Source: Bacteroidota bacterium (GTDB lineage Bacteria; Bacteroidota; Bacteroidia; UBA4408). From it: 64,000 nucleotides of DNA. Location of the stretch: NCBI GenBank assembly GCA_016718805.1, contig JADKCP010000003.1:455564-519563 (forward strand). Reading direction: 5' to 3'. Shown piece after piece: positions 17,499 through 28,966 of the stretch. Below the pieces are notes generated by a model that ran no database searches, was not told where the DNA came from, and saw nothing but the letters and a program-made list of their open reading frames with translations. The translations under genes and the position numbers were made by a program. How positions within the stretch are numbered: position 1 is the stretch's first letter; each line of letters opens with the position of its first letter.

Positions 17499-20339
17499 AT
17501 GCCATTAGATACTTCCATACGTTCAGTTTTAATTATCGGTAGCGGTCCAATTGTAATCGGACAAGCCTGCGAATTTGATTACAGCGGTTCACAGGCCGCA
17601 CGATCGCTCAAGGAAGAGGGTATAGAAGTAAGCCTGATTAATTCGAATCCGGCCACCATCATGACCGACAAAGTTACCGCCGATCATGTGTATTTACTGC
17701 CGCTTACAACTCAAAGTATTGTAAAAATACTGAAGGAACGAAAAATAGACGCCGTACTTCCTACCATGGGCGGGCAAACTGCTCTCAACCTCTGTATCAA
17801 AGCAGATGAAATGGGAATTTGGAAAAAGTATGGAGTAAAGATTATTGGTGTTGATATTTCAGCAATTGAGATTACAGAGAACCGCGAAAAATTTCGTCAA
17901 CTCATGATTGATATTGGCGTTGGTGTTGCTCCATCCGAAACAGCTAACTCATTTTTGGAAGGAAAAGAAATTGCACAACGTATAGGATTTCCTTTAGTAA
18001 TACGACCTTCCTACACACTTGGAGGAACAGGTGCTTCCTTTGTGCATACCCGTGAAGAGTTTGACGAACTGTTGAATCGCGGATTGCACGCATCGCCCAT
18101 TCACGAAGTATTAATTGATAAAGCGGTACTTGGCTGGAAGGAATATGAACTAGAATTATTACGCGATAATAACGACAATGTAACCATCATTTGCAGTATC
18201 GAAAATTTTGATCCAATGGGTATTCATACAGGAGATTCAATTACCGTAGCTCCTGCCATGACCTTAAGCGATACAACATTCCAGCGCTTACGTACCATGG
18301 CCATAAAAATGATGCGCTCAATTGGCAATTTTGCGGGTGGTTGCAATGTACAGTTTGCAGTGAACCCGGATGAAAAGGAAGATATTATAGCCATTGAAAT
18401 TAATCCACGTGTTTCACGTTCATCCGCATTGGCAAGTAAAGCCACCGGATATCCCATTGCGCGTATTGCATCGAAGCTGGCTATTGGCTATACATTAGAT
18501 GAATTAAAAAATCCTATTACCGGAAATACTTCTGCCTTTTTTGAACCTACTTTAGATTACGTAATTGTAAAAATACCGCGTTGGAATTTTGACAAGTTCA
18601 AAGGAGCAAACCGTGAATTAGGTTTGCAAATGAAATCGGTAGGAGAGGTGATGGCCATTGGACGCACCTTTCAGGAGGCATTACAAAAAGCTTGTCAGAG
18701 TTTAGAAATAAAACGTAACGGATTAGGTGCCGATGGAAAAGAATTACGCAATCAGGATGAAATACTTTCAAGCCTCGCAAAGCCAAGCTGGAACAGACTT
18801 TTTCATATTTACGATGCATTTAAATTGGGTATTTCTTTCAAAACAATTCAAAAACTTACCTTAATTGATCCATGGTTTTTAAATCAAATTGAAGAGCTGC
18901 TTTTTCTGGAAAAGGAAATTAGCAGTTATTCACTCAAAGATGTTCCGGCCGAATTGTTGTTTGTTGCAAAGCAAAAGGGATATGCCGACAGACAAATTGC
19001 CCATTTATTGCGTTGCCTCGAAAGCGAAGTGTATGCACGCAGAAATGAACTGAATATAAAACGAGTTTACAAATTAGTAGATACCTGTGCAGCCGAATTT
19101 ACTGCGCAAACTCCATACTATTACTCTACTTTCGAGAACCCTCCATTGCAAGGTGTAGTAGATACAAACGAATCTATATCGAGCAACAAAAGAAAAATAA
19201 TCGTGTTGGGCTCAGGTCCGAATCGTATTGGACAAGGAATTGAATTTGATTACAGTTGTGTGCATGGAATATTGGCAGCAAAGGAATGTGGCTACGAAAC
19301 CATCATGATTAATTGCAATCCTGAAACAGTTTCAACCGATTTTAAAACTGCCGATAAACTCTATTTTGAACCGGTATTTTGGGAGCATATTTACGATATT
19401 ATTTTGCATGAAAAACCACTGGGTGTAATTGTTCAATTGGGTGGACAAACCGCTTTAAAACTGGCTGAGAAATTAAATCGTTACAACATAAAAATTCTTG
19501 GAACCACCTATGAAGCATTGGATTTAGCTGAAGACCGCGGTAGCTTTTCACGATTGCTCCAAGAAAATAATATTCCTTATCCAAAATTTGGTGTAATTGA
19601 AGATGCCGAACAATCGGTTGAATTGTCGCGCGAATTAGGATTTCCATTATTGGTTCGACCATCTTATGTATTGGGTGGGCAAGGCATGAAAATCGTAATT
19701 AACGAGCAGGAACTGGAAACGCATGTGGTAAATATTTTAAAGGATATTCCCGGAAATAAAGTATTGCTCGATCATTTTTTAGAACGTGCCATTGAGGCCG
19801 AAGCAGATGCTATTTGTGATGGAGAAGATGTTTACATCATAGGAATCATGGAACATATTGAACCGGCCGGTATACACTCGGGCGATTCGTATGCAGTATT
19901 ACCGCCTTTTGATTTGAGCGATTCGGTGATTAAGCAAATTGAACAACATACACGCACCATTGCTCTGGCCTTAAAAACTGTGGGTTTAATTAATATACAG
20001 TTTGCTATAAAAAACGAAGTAGTATACATCATCGAAGCAAATCCACGTGCTTCACGCACCGTTCCTTTTATTGCAAAAGCTTATGATGAGCCTTATGTAA
20101 ACTATGCTACCAAAGTTATGTTGGGTGAAAAAAAGTTGAAAGACTTTACTTTCAATCCGCGTAAAAAAGGCTATGCCATTAAAATTCCGGTATTCAGTTT
20201 CGAGAAGTTTCCTGAAGTGAATAAAGAGCTTGGTCCTGAAATGAAATCAACAGGTGAAGCCATTTATTTTATTGATGATTTAACGGATGAATATTTCCAC
20301 CAAATTTATTCGGAAAGAAACTTGTATTTGAGTCGTTAA
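17499..20339 (+). CDS. carB: carbamoyl-phosphate synthase large subunit
   Basis: [33 protein letters not shown]. Duplicated ATP-grasp halves. 946 aa. Confidence 0.95.
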   Translation: MPLDTSIRSVLIIGSGPIVIGQACEFDYSGSQAARSLKEEGIEVSLINSNPATIMTDKVTADHVYLLPLTTQSIVKILKERKIDAVLPTMGGQTALNLCIKADEMGIWKKYGVKIIGVDISAIEITENREKFRQLMIDIGVGVAPSETANSFLEGKEIAQRIGFPLVIRPSYTLGGTGASFVHTREEFDELLNRGLHASPIHEVLIDKAVLGWKEYELELLRDNNDNVTIICSIENFDPMGIHTGDSITVAPAMTLSDTTFQRLRTMAIKMMRSIGNFAGGCNVQFAVNPDEKEDIIAIEINPRVSRSSALASKATGYPIARIASKLAIGYTLDELKNPITGNTSAFFEPTLDYVIVKIPRWNFDKFKGANRELGLQMKSVGEVMAIGRTFQEALQKACQSLEIKRNGLGADGKELRNQDEILSSLAKPSWNRLFHIYDAFKLGISFKTIQKLTLIDPWFLNQIEELLFLEKEISSYSLKDVPAELLFVAKQKGYADRQIAHLLRCLESEVYARRNELNIKRVYKLVDTCAAEFTAQTPYYYSTFENPPLQGVVDTNESISSNKRKIIVLGSGPNRIGQGIEFDYSCVHGILAAKECGYETIMINCNPETVSTDFKTADKLYFEPVFWEHIYDIILHEKPLGVIVQLGGQTALKLAEKLNRYNIKILGTTYEALDLAEDRGSFSRLLQENNIPYPKFGVIEDAEQSVELSRELGFPLLVRPSYVLGGQGMKIVINEQELETHVVNILKDIPGNKVLLDHFLERAIEAEADAICDGEDVYIIGIMEHIEPAGIHSGDSYAVLPPFDLSDSVIKQIEQHTRTIALALKTVGLINIQFAIKNEVVYIIEANPRASRTVPFIAKAYDEPYVNYATKVMLGEKKLKDFTFNPRKKGYAIKIPVFSFEKFPEVNKELGPEMKSTGEAIYFIDDLTDEYFHQIYSERNLYLSR

Positions 20340-21154
20340 AAATTCAAGGCTTCCACTCCTAAACTTTCTGATAAGGCTTTAAAATCGTAAAGATTGCGGT
20401 CATACAAATGCGTTGGATGTATGTTTTTAAGCGCATTGTACATGATTTCTTTTCTATGCGGAAATTGCATTTCCCAATCGGCCAACATTTTTTTAATGGC
20501 TTTGCGTTGCATGTTTTCTTGAGAGCCACATAAATTACAAGGTATAATCGGAAAATTCCTAAATGCTGCGTAGTCAATAATTTCTTGCTCTTTGCAATAA
20601 GCAAGCGGACGAATTACAGTGTGTCGATTATCGTCGGTGCGGAATTTTGCCGGCATAGTTTCGAGCTTGCCGCTGAAAAATAAATTCAGAAAAAATGTTT
20701 CCAATACATCTTCACGATGATGTCCTAAAGCAATTTTTGTAACTCCCAGTTGAGATGCTTTATCGTACAAAATTCCTCTGCGAAGGCGTGAACATAAGCT
20801 ACACATAGTTTTTCCTTCAGGCACTTTATCTTTCACAATGCTGTAAGTATCCTTTTCTACAATCTCAAAATTTACATTCAAATCACTTAGGTAGGCAGGT
20901 AAAATATGTGCAGGATAATCGGGTTGTTTTTGATCGAGGTTGATAGCAATTAATTCGATTTCATTTTTCAATACCAGCTGCACGTGAAGCAGCATATCGA
21001 GCATGGTATAGCTGTCTTTACCACCCGAAAGGCAAACCATAATTTTATCCCCCGGAACAAAAAGTTCGAATTCTTTGTTGAGGTCCCATACTGCTTTGCG
21101 CAATTGATGGCGCGTTTTTTCCTGAGCTTCGGTCATAGTCTTTAATCGCAGCAA
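20336..21154 (-). CDS. ttcA: tRNA 2-thiocytidine(32) synthetase
   Basis: PP-loop [16 protein letters not shown] motif. The 4-bp overlap with the carB stop is convergent. Confidence 0.8.
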   Translation of the reverse strand: MLRLKTMTEAQEKTRHQLRKAVWDLNKEFELFVPGDKIMVCLSGGKDSYTMLDMLLHVQLVLKNEIELIAINLDQKQPDYPAHILPAYLSDLNVNFEIVEKDTYSIVKDKVPEGKTMCSLCSRLRRGILYDKASQLGVTKIALGHHREDVLETFFLNLFFSGKLETMPAKFRTDDNRHTVIRPLAYCKEQEIIDYAAFRNFPIIPCNLCGSQENMQRKAIKKMLADWEMQFPHRKEIMYNALKNIHPTHLYDRNLYDFKALSESLGVEALNF

Positions 21155-21176
21155 AGGTAAAAAACCCTGACAAGAT

Positions 21177-22532
21177 TTATACTACCGAACTAAAAATTTG
21201 AGCTTGTGGTAAATTGCGCCATAAGCGCGCATCAAAGCACATACAAACATTGCGGATAAAGGGGCGAGCAAATTCTTTCACCTTTAAATGATAGGGCTTT
21301 AACTCAAGTAAATTATCCTTAGTTAGTTCTGAAAGTTTTTCAATTGCATCATACACGGCAGCACATTGCTCCTCAGGTTTTTCCCAAGAAGTTTCGAGGC
21401 TACACATCAATTGAAGTATGTGTTTACGAATAATTAAATCCTCTTCATCCAACAAATGTCCTTTAAAAATGGGCAATTCGTTTTTTTCGAGCAGTGAATA
21501 ATACTCTTCTACTTTTTTTACATTTTGCGCAAAAGCCTGCCAAGTATCACTTATTGACGATACACCTAAACCCACCATTAACCGTGTGTAGGAATGTGTG
21601 TATCCCATAAAATTGCGGTGCAGCTTTTTTGTTTGGCTGGCAATATACAACGAATCGCTACGCAGCGCAAAATGGTCCATCCCAATTTCAACATATCCAT
21701 TTGCCGAAAATTGTGCTTTTCCAATTTCGTAAAGTTCCCGTTTTTCAGCATCGGCAGGCAAGTCGGCTTCAGTAAATTTTCGTTGTCCTGGTTTCACCCA
21801 AGGTACATGGGCATAGCTGTAAAAGGCAATTCTATCGGGGCGTAAAAGAACTACCTTGGCAATCGTACTTTGCACACTTTCGCGCGTTTGAAGCGGCAAG
21901 CCATAAATCAAATCAAAATTTATAGAAGTATAACCAATTGCTTTAGCTTCAGTTACTACCTGCTCAACTTGCTCAAAAGATTGAATGCGATTTACAATTT
22001 GTTGTACCCGTATATCAAAATCCTGTATGCCTAAACTCAAGCGCTTAAACCCAAGTGAATACAAAGTTTTTAAATGTTCACTAGTTGTATTGTTTGGATG
22101 TGCTTCAAAACTAAACTCGGCATCTTCGCAAACATCGGCATTCTGAGTAATGCCCTCAATTAGTTGGGTTAAATTTTTAGCTGAAAAAAAAGTAGGAGTT
22201 CCTCCACCTAAATGTATTTCTTTAATACGAGGTTTTGCTTCAAAAATGCGCAGGTATAATTGCCACTCTTTAATTAGCGCTTTTATATAAGGTTGTTCTA
22301 CCTCATGATTCACCGTGATGCGTGTATTGCATCCGCAGTAAGTGCATAAACTTTCACAAAAAGGTAAATGTATGTACAGTGAAATACCATGTTCCTTGTT
22401 GCTGATGTTAAATGAATTTTTAACGGCTGTTTTCCATTCCTCCTGACTAGGTGCAATGCTATTCCAATACGGAACAGTAGGATAACTGGTGTAGCGCGGT
22501 CCGGCTACATTGTACTTGTTTATTAGGTTCAT
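21177..22532 (-). CDS. hemN: oxygen-independent coproporphyrinogen III oxidase, radical SAM
   Basis: CxxxCxxC cluster motif [10 protein letters not shown]. 451 aa. HemN-like C-terminal domain. Confidence 0.8.
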   Translation of the reverse strand: MNLINKYNVAGPRYTSYPTVPYWNSIAPSQEEWKTAVKNSFNISNKEHGISLYIHLPFCESLCTYCGCNTRITVNHEVEQPYIKALIKEWQLYLRIFEAKPRIKEIHLGGGTPTFFSAKNLTQLIEGITQNADVCEDAEFSFEAHPNNTTSEHLKTLYSLGFKRLSLGIQDFDIRVQQIVNRIQSFEQVEQVVTEAKAIGYTSINFDLIYGLPLQTRESVQSTIAKVVLLRPDRIAFYSYAHVPWVKPGQRKFTEADLPADAEKRELYEIGKAQFSANGYVEIGMDHFALRSDSLYIASQTKKLHRNFMGYTHSYTRLMVGLGVSSISDTWQAFAQNVKKVEEYYSLLEKNELPIFKGHLLDEEDLIIRKHILQLMCSLETSWEKPEEQCAAVYDAIEKLSELTKDNLLELKPYHLKVKEFARPFIRNVCMCFDARLWRNLPQAQIFSSVV

Positions 22533-22631
22533 TTAAATGGGGTTTGGCTTGGCAAAATTAATTTCCGAGCACACAAAAAAACCTGTCGAAAATCATATTT
22601 CCGGCTGATGAAAATTTGTTTGGAGAAAAAA

Positions 22632-23906
22632 TCAATAGTTATATTTTTCCTGCCAAAGTTTTTTTAATCGCTCACGCATTTCATTTTCACGGGCGTTATT
22701 ACCCGGCGCGTAAATGCGCGTTCCGCTTAGCGTATCGGGGAGATATTCTTGTAGTATAAAGTTTTTTTCATGACTATGTGCATAATCGTATTCTTTGCCA
22801 TAACCCAAGTCTTTCATTAATTTGGTAGGTGCATTTCGTAAATGAAGAGGTACGGGTAAATCGCCGGTGTTTTTTACCAATTCCTGCGCTTCACCAATAG
22901 CCATATAAGCTGCATTACTTTTAGCTGAGCATGCAAGATAGGTTGCTGCTTGCGATAAAATAATTCGTCCTTCGGGCATTCCAATTACGTTCACTGCCTG
23001 AAAGCAATTGTTTGCAATTACTAAGGCCGTAGGATTTGCATTTCCAATATCTTCACTTGCTAAAATAAGCATACGACGTGCAATAAACAATGGGTCCTCA
23101 CCGCCTTCGAGCATTCTAGCTAACCAATAAACCGCAGCATTTGGATCGCTGCCACGCAACGATTTTATAAAGGCCGATATGATATCGTAATGCTGTTCGC
23201 CACCCTTATCGTAGAGAGCAAGATTTTGTTGTACACTTTCAGTTACTAATTCATTGGTAATAGTTAGCTCATTACCACCAATTGAGTTTACAACCAATTC
23301 AAATGTATTCAATAGCTTTCGTGCATCACCTCCTGATAAACGCAGCAAAGCTTCGTATTCAGCAATGTGTATGTTTTTTTTCTTTAAAAATTCATCCTGC
23401 ACTAGCGCTTGTTACAACAATGAAATAAGGTCCTCTTTTTCTAAATTTTTAAGTACATAAATCTGGCAACGCGAAAGCAAAGGTGAAATAACTTCAAAAG
23501 ATGGATTTTCGGTTGTAGCGCCAATCAATGTAACGATTCCTTTTTCAACTGCCCCAAGTAATGAATCTTGTTGCGATTTGCTGAATCTATGAATTTCATC
23601 TATAAATAAAATCGGATTGTTGGTACCAAAAAATGCCTGACTCTTAGCTTTGTCAATTACTTCACGAATGTCTTTTACACCCGAATTAATTGCACTTAAA
23701 GCATAAAAAGGTCGTTTTAATTTTTGTGAAATAATGTTCGCCAAGGTTGTTTTTCCTACTCCCGGAGGTCCCCACAAGATGAGCGAGGGCAATACTTCAC
23801 TTTCGATTGCCTTGCGTAAAACTGCTCCTTCTCCAATCAAGTGTTTTTGACCGATGTATGTGTCGAAGGTAGAGGGGCGAAGCCTTTCAGCTAATGGAGC
23901 AGACAT
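22632..23906 (-). pseudogene. rarA: replication-associated recombination protein A (AAA+ ATPase) interrupted by an in-frame TAA
   Basis: ORF 23412..23906 carries Walker A (WGPPGVGKTTLA). ORF 22632..23402 carries the RarA C-terminal domain. Both are in the same frame, separated only by TAA at 23412-23414 plus 3 sense codons. Confidence 0.7.
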
Positions 23907-24007
23907 AAGAAAGTAATTTTTGCACTATGTAATTTGCATGATGAAATTAGGAAAATATTTTTTAGCGATGCAAGATGCATGTCAATACAATAATTGCATC
24001 GCAACTC

Positions 24008-24874
24008 TTAGCTCCGCTTGTGTTTCCACCTGCGATGTGTCCACAACCAGTATTCGGGAGCAGCTTTTATCAGCTTTTCGTTGATGCGTGTATGCCTTTC
24101 GGTAATTTCATTGGGAGCTAAACTGTTGGGAGCATCGGTTACCAATTCGTATTCAACTTGGTAATGCCCTCTTTTTACTTTGGTAATTTTACCATACAGT
24201 ACCACCATGTTGTATTGTTTGGCATATTTTTCAGAACCATACGAAACAGGTGTATCCTGATTCAAAAACTGCATCCAATGCGCATTTTGAACTTTACCCG
24301 GGCTTTGATCTGCGATAAAACCGGTCATGGTGAGTTCGTTTTTATAGCGTTCAAAAAATTCCGAAACTTCTTTGGTCGACATTAAGATAGTGCCAAAGCG
24401 GTTACGGGTTTTCTGCATTTTTTCGTCAAAAAACTTATTCGATATGCGTTGGTAAATACCAAGGGGTTTATGTGGTCCGTATAAACCAATGGATACAGCG
24501 GCCCATTCCCAGTTTGCATAATGGCCGGTTACCAAAATTAAACTGCGCTTTTCGTCGTAGTATTTTTTCATTAAATCGGGACCAACAACATTGAGGCGAC
24601 TCATTAAGCTGGCTTTTGAAATCGTAAATACTTTTATACTTTCGACAGCTAAATCGCAAAAATGCGCATAGAATTTTTTAGCAATAGCTTCAACTTCTGC
24701 TTCCGATTTTTCGGGAAACGAGTTGCGGATATTGGAGAGCACTACTTTTTTGCGGTAAGGAAATACATAGTAAAGTAAATAAAAGGCTACATCCGAAAAT
24801 AGATACAATACCGGAAATGGAAGTAATGAAAGCGGAATAAGTAAAAAGTAATACAGAAAAACTAAAACGATCAT
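24008..24874 (-). CDS. lysophospholipid acyltransferase-family protein (LpxL/HtrB-like lipid A late acyltransferase)
   Basis: N-terminal membrane anchor. HX4(D/E) acyltransferase motif in TGHYANWEW. ~290 aa. Confidence 0.6.
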   Translation of the reverse strand: MIVLVFLYYFLLIPLSLLPFPVLYLFSDVAFYLLYYVFPYRKKVVLSNIRNSFPEKSEAEVEAIAKKFYAHFCDLAVESIKVFTISKASLMSRLNVVGPDLMKKYYDEKRSLILVTGHYANWEWAAVSIGLYGPHKPLGIYQRISNKFFDEKMQKTRNRFGTILMSTKEVSEFFERYKNELTMTGFIADQSPGKVQNAHWMQFLNQDTPVSYGSEKYAKQYNMVVLYGKITKVKRGHYQVEYELVTDAPNSLAPNEITERHTRINEKLIKAAPEYWLWTHRRWKHKRS

Positions 24875-24892
24875 TTTAAAACTGAATAAATT

Positions 24893-25984
24893 TTGGCGAA
24901 GTTAAACTATCTCAACTTAAAACGAAGCTACTTTTTTGTAACTTTTGCTTTCATAGTATTGTTGAATAATTCGGAAGCTAAGCAACTGGAACAAGATCCT
25001 AACTATATCTCAAAATTTAAAACCCGCTTGAATTTCAGATTGCAAGTCAATCAAAATAATTTTAGGCAAGCAATAAATCCATTGAGTTCATTGGTGTACA
25101 CAAAAAGTGAATTAAACAATGCTCAACTAAATTACGGTAGCTACCTTCCTTTCTCGTCGGGCTTTTCATTTAATTTTATGTTTGGAGGTTTTGGAATTGA
25201 TTTCCGGTTTACCGAAAAATATTTCAATAAAAACAATAAACCTGTAACCAATTTTAAAGATTTTAAATTAAATATTGTAGGCAATAAATTGTGCTTTGAA
25301 GCATATTACGATCGCTTTAAGCGGAATTATTATTTGCGTGAAGATAAGCTGTTTTCACCCTTGCCAAATTTTGATTCTCAGATAAGTTCAAGCCATTGGG
25401 GACTTAGTATGCGCCTTATTACAAATGCCAGCAGATTTAGTTATAAAGCAGCTTTTATGCAAAGTGAATTTCAAAAAAAATCGGCTGCAACTTTTTTAGT
25501 TTGGTTTGGAACTGAGCAAAATCAATTGCTGCGCCCACAAGGATTATTTGTTGATACAACTGTAAAAAGATACTACGAAAATTTACAACAGCTTACAAAG
25601 CTTCGTCAGCAAGCATGGTTTGTGTTGCCCGGTTTTGCCGGAAATATTGTGTATCAACAATTTTATTTTGCAACTTCAGTGTATGTTGGAAGCGGGCCAC
25701 AGTTTAATAAGCAATACACCGACACAGCAGTATTTCGAAAAGTAAACTTGCCATTTATGTCGAAGGCAAGAGGCAGTTTGGGAATAAACGGGAAGACGGT
25801 GTATACCGGAGTATTTGCGAATGTGGATTATACCCGAAGCACCTTTCAAACTTTGAAGAGTGAATATTTTAATTACAAAATGGGCGTGTTTCTAGGTGTT
25901 CGATTAATAAAGCAAACGAAGACCAAAGCTGAGAAACAGGAAGAGAAACGTAAATTAAAAGAAGATAAAAATCGACGAGCTTAG
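24893..25984 (+). CDS. hypothetical protein with signal peptide, aromatic-rich (possible outer-membrane beta-barrel); Lys/Arg/Glu-rich C-terminal tail
   Basis: Signal-like N-terminus. Alternating aromatic/hydrophilic segments. No recognisable catalytic motif. Confidence 0.4.
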   Translation: MAKLNYLNLKRSYFFVTFAFIVLLNNSEAKQLEQDPNYISKFKTRLNFRLQVNQNNFRQAINPLSSLVYTKSELNNAQLNYGSYLPFSSGFSFNFMFGGFGIDFRFTEKYFNKNNKPVTNFKDFKLNIVGNKLCFEAYYDRFKRNYYLREDKLFSPLPNFDSQISSSHWGLSMRLITNASRFSYKAAFMQSEFQKKSAATFLVWFGTEQNQLLRPQGLFVDTTVKRYYENLQQLTKLRQQAWFVLPGFAGNIVYQQFYFATSVYVGSGPQFNKQYTDTAVFRKVNLPFMSKARGSLGINGKTVYTGVFANVDYTRSTFQTLKSEYFNYKMGVFLGVRLIKQTKTKAEKQEEKRKLKEDKNRRA

Positions 25985-26053
25985 TTGGTTAACTTGATAA
26001 AGTCTACCTAAAATGCTACGCTAGAATTAGCCCAATAACCTCACTTTTGCTGA

Positions 26054-28918
26054 TTAATAAGTAGCGATATCTTTTTCTTTCAATTCAATAATTTCTCCCA
26101 AAGATTTTAATTTCAGCAAATCTATTTTCGATTTATCGCCATAGATAGTTATCAAAAGCGGCTTCGATTTAAGGTTTGCTTCGTAATAGGCTAACATCTT
26201 TTCAAAGTTCAGATCTTTTATCGACTCGTATTCATTTGATTTGGGATCCTTGCTAAAGCCTTTTAACTTCAGTAATTCAACAGTTTCAGTTAAATCGCGC
26301 TGATTCGGATAAGAAGTTGTTAAACTACTATTGATGTAATTTTTAAAGGCAGGAATTCGTTCAGGATATTCAGGCATCTTGTTTATAATGTTTAGCATCA
26401 CATCTATTGATTCGTTCGTTTTATCTGCCTGACAGCCTACAAACGAAGTAAATAAAATGGGTTTAGAAGCCAAAATTGGTTTTGTAAAACGACCTCCGGC
26501 AGTATAAGCCAACGAGCGGTATTCGCGAATTTCTTGAAGTATAAGTCCAGAAAAGCTACCTCCCATGTAGTGTCCTAAAAGACTAAGCTTAGCATCATCT
26601 GCCGAATTATAGGTACTACCTAATGCTGAAAAATAAATTTGATTTTGACGCGATTTGGAACTATTTACCAAATAAATTTTTGTTTTTTCAATAGGTTGGT
26701 TGTTTAGTTCGGTCAATACAGCTTTACCTTTATTACCTGCTAATTGATTCTTTTTAGCTGCTTCAATAAGCTGTTGTACATCAGCATTTCCGCAGTAATG
26801 AAAGCTTGCCGAATAACTTACAGCTTCACTAATCAATTGCAAAAGTTTGGATGCATTCCAACTTTTAACTTCACTTAAGGAAGCACGTTTTTTATAGGGC
26901 GATTCGTTTCCATACAAAGCATAACTGCGCAGTACAAGTCCCATTGTTGCAGGATCTTTTTGTTCCGATTCTTGATCTGCTTTCATGCCTTCGGTTAAAT
27001 TTTTCATGGCTTCTTTGGCAGCTTCAGGTGCTTTTAGCAAAGCCGAGCAAAGTTCCATGGCACGTTCCATGTTTTTTTCATCTCCAATAATGCTAACACT
27101 AAAAAAGTCGTCTTCAGCAGTAAATTCAAGTGTTGTATTTATTTTAGCCAATTCAGATTTAAAGCTTTCGAGTGTCATTCCTTTAGGATAACATTCATTT
27201 AAAAGCTGCGCAGCTAAACTTAAATTAGGAATTAAATGGGTGCCTGCATAATAGTTAATGTTTAATGAAGCTATATTATTATACCTGTTGGGCAAGGAAT
27301 AAAAGCTTGATCCATTTCCCAAATCATGAAATCCAAAACCAGCGTTCAAATCTAAAAAGCGAGGAGTTACCGTAGCATCTTTTATTTCTTCAAACTGTTT
27401 TGCAAACTTCGATTTTTCAGTTTGTGTAGTCACAGCAGGCTTAAATCCCGGTTTTTCGAGTTGGTCTTTTTTAGGAAACCCGGTTTTCGATTGAAGGGAG
27501 TAATGTGGACGAGCATAGTATTTTTTAGCAACCGCCATTACATCGGCCTTGGTTAGTTTGCTTAGCTTTTCAGGATAAGCCAACACATCGTTCCAGGTTT
27601 TTTTGGTAGTAAATAGGTCGATCATTTCTAATCCTCTACTCTCAGGATCTTCCATGTTTTGCTTGTAATTTTTGATCAACTCATTTTTAGAATTTTCTAA
27701 AAAGGCATCCGAAAAATTTCCATTGATAATACTGTCGAGTTGCGCAAATACTAACTTTTCAGCTTTGCCAAACGATTCTCCAACTATTTTTGGAACAATA
27801 ATTAGTAATTCGGCACCATCGTCGTTCAAGTGAAAACTTTGTGCAAAGGCAGCTAACAGCTTTCCGTTTTGTTGCAGCTTATTTAATAAACCGGTTTCGT
27901 TATCATTAAATAACAAGGAATTGCAAAGCTCTAACGCAACTTCATCAGGGTGCGAAGTAGGTATACTTTTAAAACCAACCAAATCAACTTTTACAGGAGT
28001 TACGCGTAATTTGGTAACAATGTTTTTGCTAAATACATAAGGAGTTGGGGCAACAAATTCGGGAACATTTCCTTTCTGTAATTTTCCGAATTTTTCGTTA
28101 ATCAGCGGAATCGCAGCATCAGCATTAAAATTTCCTACTAAAAAAAGTGCCATGTTATTGGCCACATAATAGTTTTTAAAAAATTCGTAAATCCTGTCAA
28201 TGGGTGGGTTTTTAAGGTGTTCGGTGCTACCCAAAGAAGTTTGTGTTCCATAAGGATGTGTTGGATACAAACTCTTTTGCAATTCGGTAATTAATTTGAA
28301 TTGAAAATTATCGGAAGCTCGGTTTTTTTCTTCGTACACCACTTCCAGCTCCGACTGAAAAGAGCGAAATACCGGATTTATAAAGCGATGTGAATATAGT
28401 TCCAACCATTTTTCCATTTGTTCGCCAGGAAATGAATTGTGATACACCGTCATATCTGGTGCTGTAAATGCATTAATTGAAGTACCACCTATTGAACTTA
28501 GCAAGGTATGAAATTCAGTGGGCAAGCCATATTTACCTGCCTCCATGGCTTGTTGATTGATTCTTAGTTTAATTGCTTTTCGCTGTGTTTCATCCGAAGT
28601 TTTTTTGAGCTCTTGGTATAAAAAAGTGATGCTGTCTAAAAAAGGCTTTTCTTTTTCATAATCAATGGTACCCATGGTAGTGGTTCCTTTAAACAAAAGA
28701 TGTTCAAGATAATGCGCTAATCCGGTAGCATCAGCAGGATCGTTTTTTGAACCGGCATGTACTGCAACCGCCCCAAAAGTAGTTGTAGCGTAAGGATCGG
28801 GTAGGAGGTATACTTTAAATCCATTGTCTAATGTATAAGATTTAAGTTGTAAGTAATCTTGTGCTTCTGCCGAAAGGCAAAACACTAAGAACAAAATGGA
28901 AAGCGTTTTTCTTAGCAT
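26054..28918 (-). CDS. M16-family zinc peptidase (insulinase/pitrilysin-like), secreted, tandem M16 halves
   Basis: Signal peptide. Inverzincin motif HYLEHLLFKG (HxxEH). 954 aa. Confidence 0.85.
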   Translation of the reverse strand: MLRKTLSILFLVFCLSAEAQDYLQLKSYTLDNGFKVYLLPDPYATTTFGAVAVHAGSKNDPADATGLAHYLEHLLFKGTTTMGTIDYEKEKPFLDSITFLYQELKKTSDETQRKAIKLRINQQAMEAGKYGLPTEFHTLLSSIGGTSINAFTAPDMTVYHNSFPGEQMEKWLELYSHRFINPVFRSFQSELEVVYEEKNRASDNFQFKLITELQKSLYPTHPYGTQTSLGSTEHLKNPPIDRIYEFFKNYYVANNMALFLVGNFNADAAIPLINEKFGKLQKGNVPEFVAPTPYVFSKNIVTKLRVTPVKVDLVGFKSIPTSHPDEVALELCNSLLFNDNETGLLNKLQQNGKLLAAFAQSFHLNDDGAELLIIVPKIVGESFGKAEKLVFAQLDSIINGNFSDAFLENSKNELIKNYKQNMEDPESRGLEMIDLFTTKKTWNDVLAYPEKLSKLTKADVMAVAKKYYARPHYSLQSKTGFPKKDQLEKPGFKPAVTTQTEKSKFAKQFEEIKDATVTPRFLDLNAGFGFHDLGNGSSFYSLPNRYNNIASLNINYYAGTHLIPNLSLAAQLLNECYPKGMTLESFKSELAKINTTLEFTAEDDFFSVSIIGDEKNMERAMELCSALLKAPEAAKEAMKNLTEGMKADQESEQKDPATMGLVLRSYALYGNESPYKKRASLSEVKSWNASKLLQLISEAVSYSASFHYCGNADVQQLIEAAKKNQLAGNKGKAVLTELNNQPIEKTKIYLVNSSKSRQNQIYFSALGSTYNSADDAKLSLLGHYMGGSFSGLILQEIREYRSLAYTAGGRFTKPILASKPILFTSFVGCQADKTNESIDVMLNIINKMPEYPERIPAFKNYINSSLTTSYPNQRDLTETVELLKLKGFSKDPKSNEYESIKDLNFEKMLAYYEANLKSKPLLITIYGDKSKIDLLKLKSLGEIIELKEKDIATY

Positions 28919-28966
28919 AATTTATACTTATTAAATGAAATTGAAGAATACCGGTCGGTGATTGAA

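Noticed and set aside
20336-20339. 4-bp overlap between the carB and ttcA ends
   Set aside because: It is convergent stop-codon overlap only, with no functional implication.
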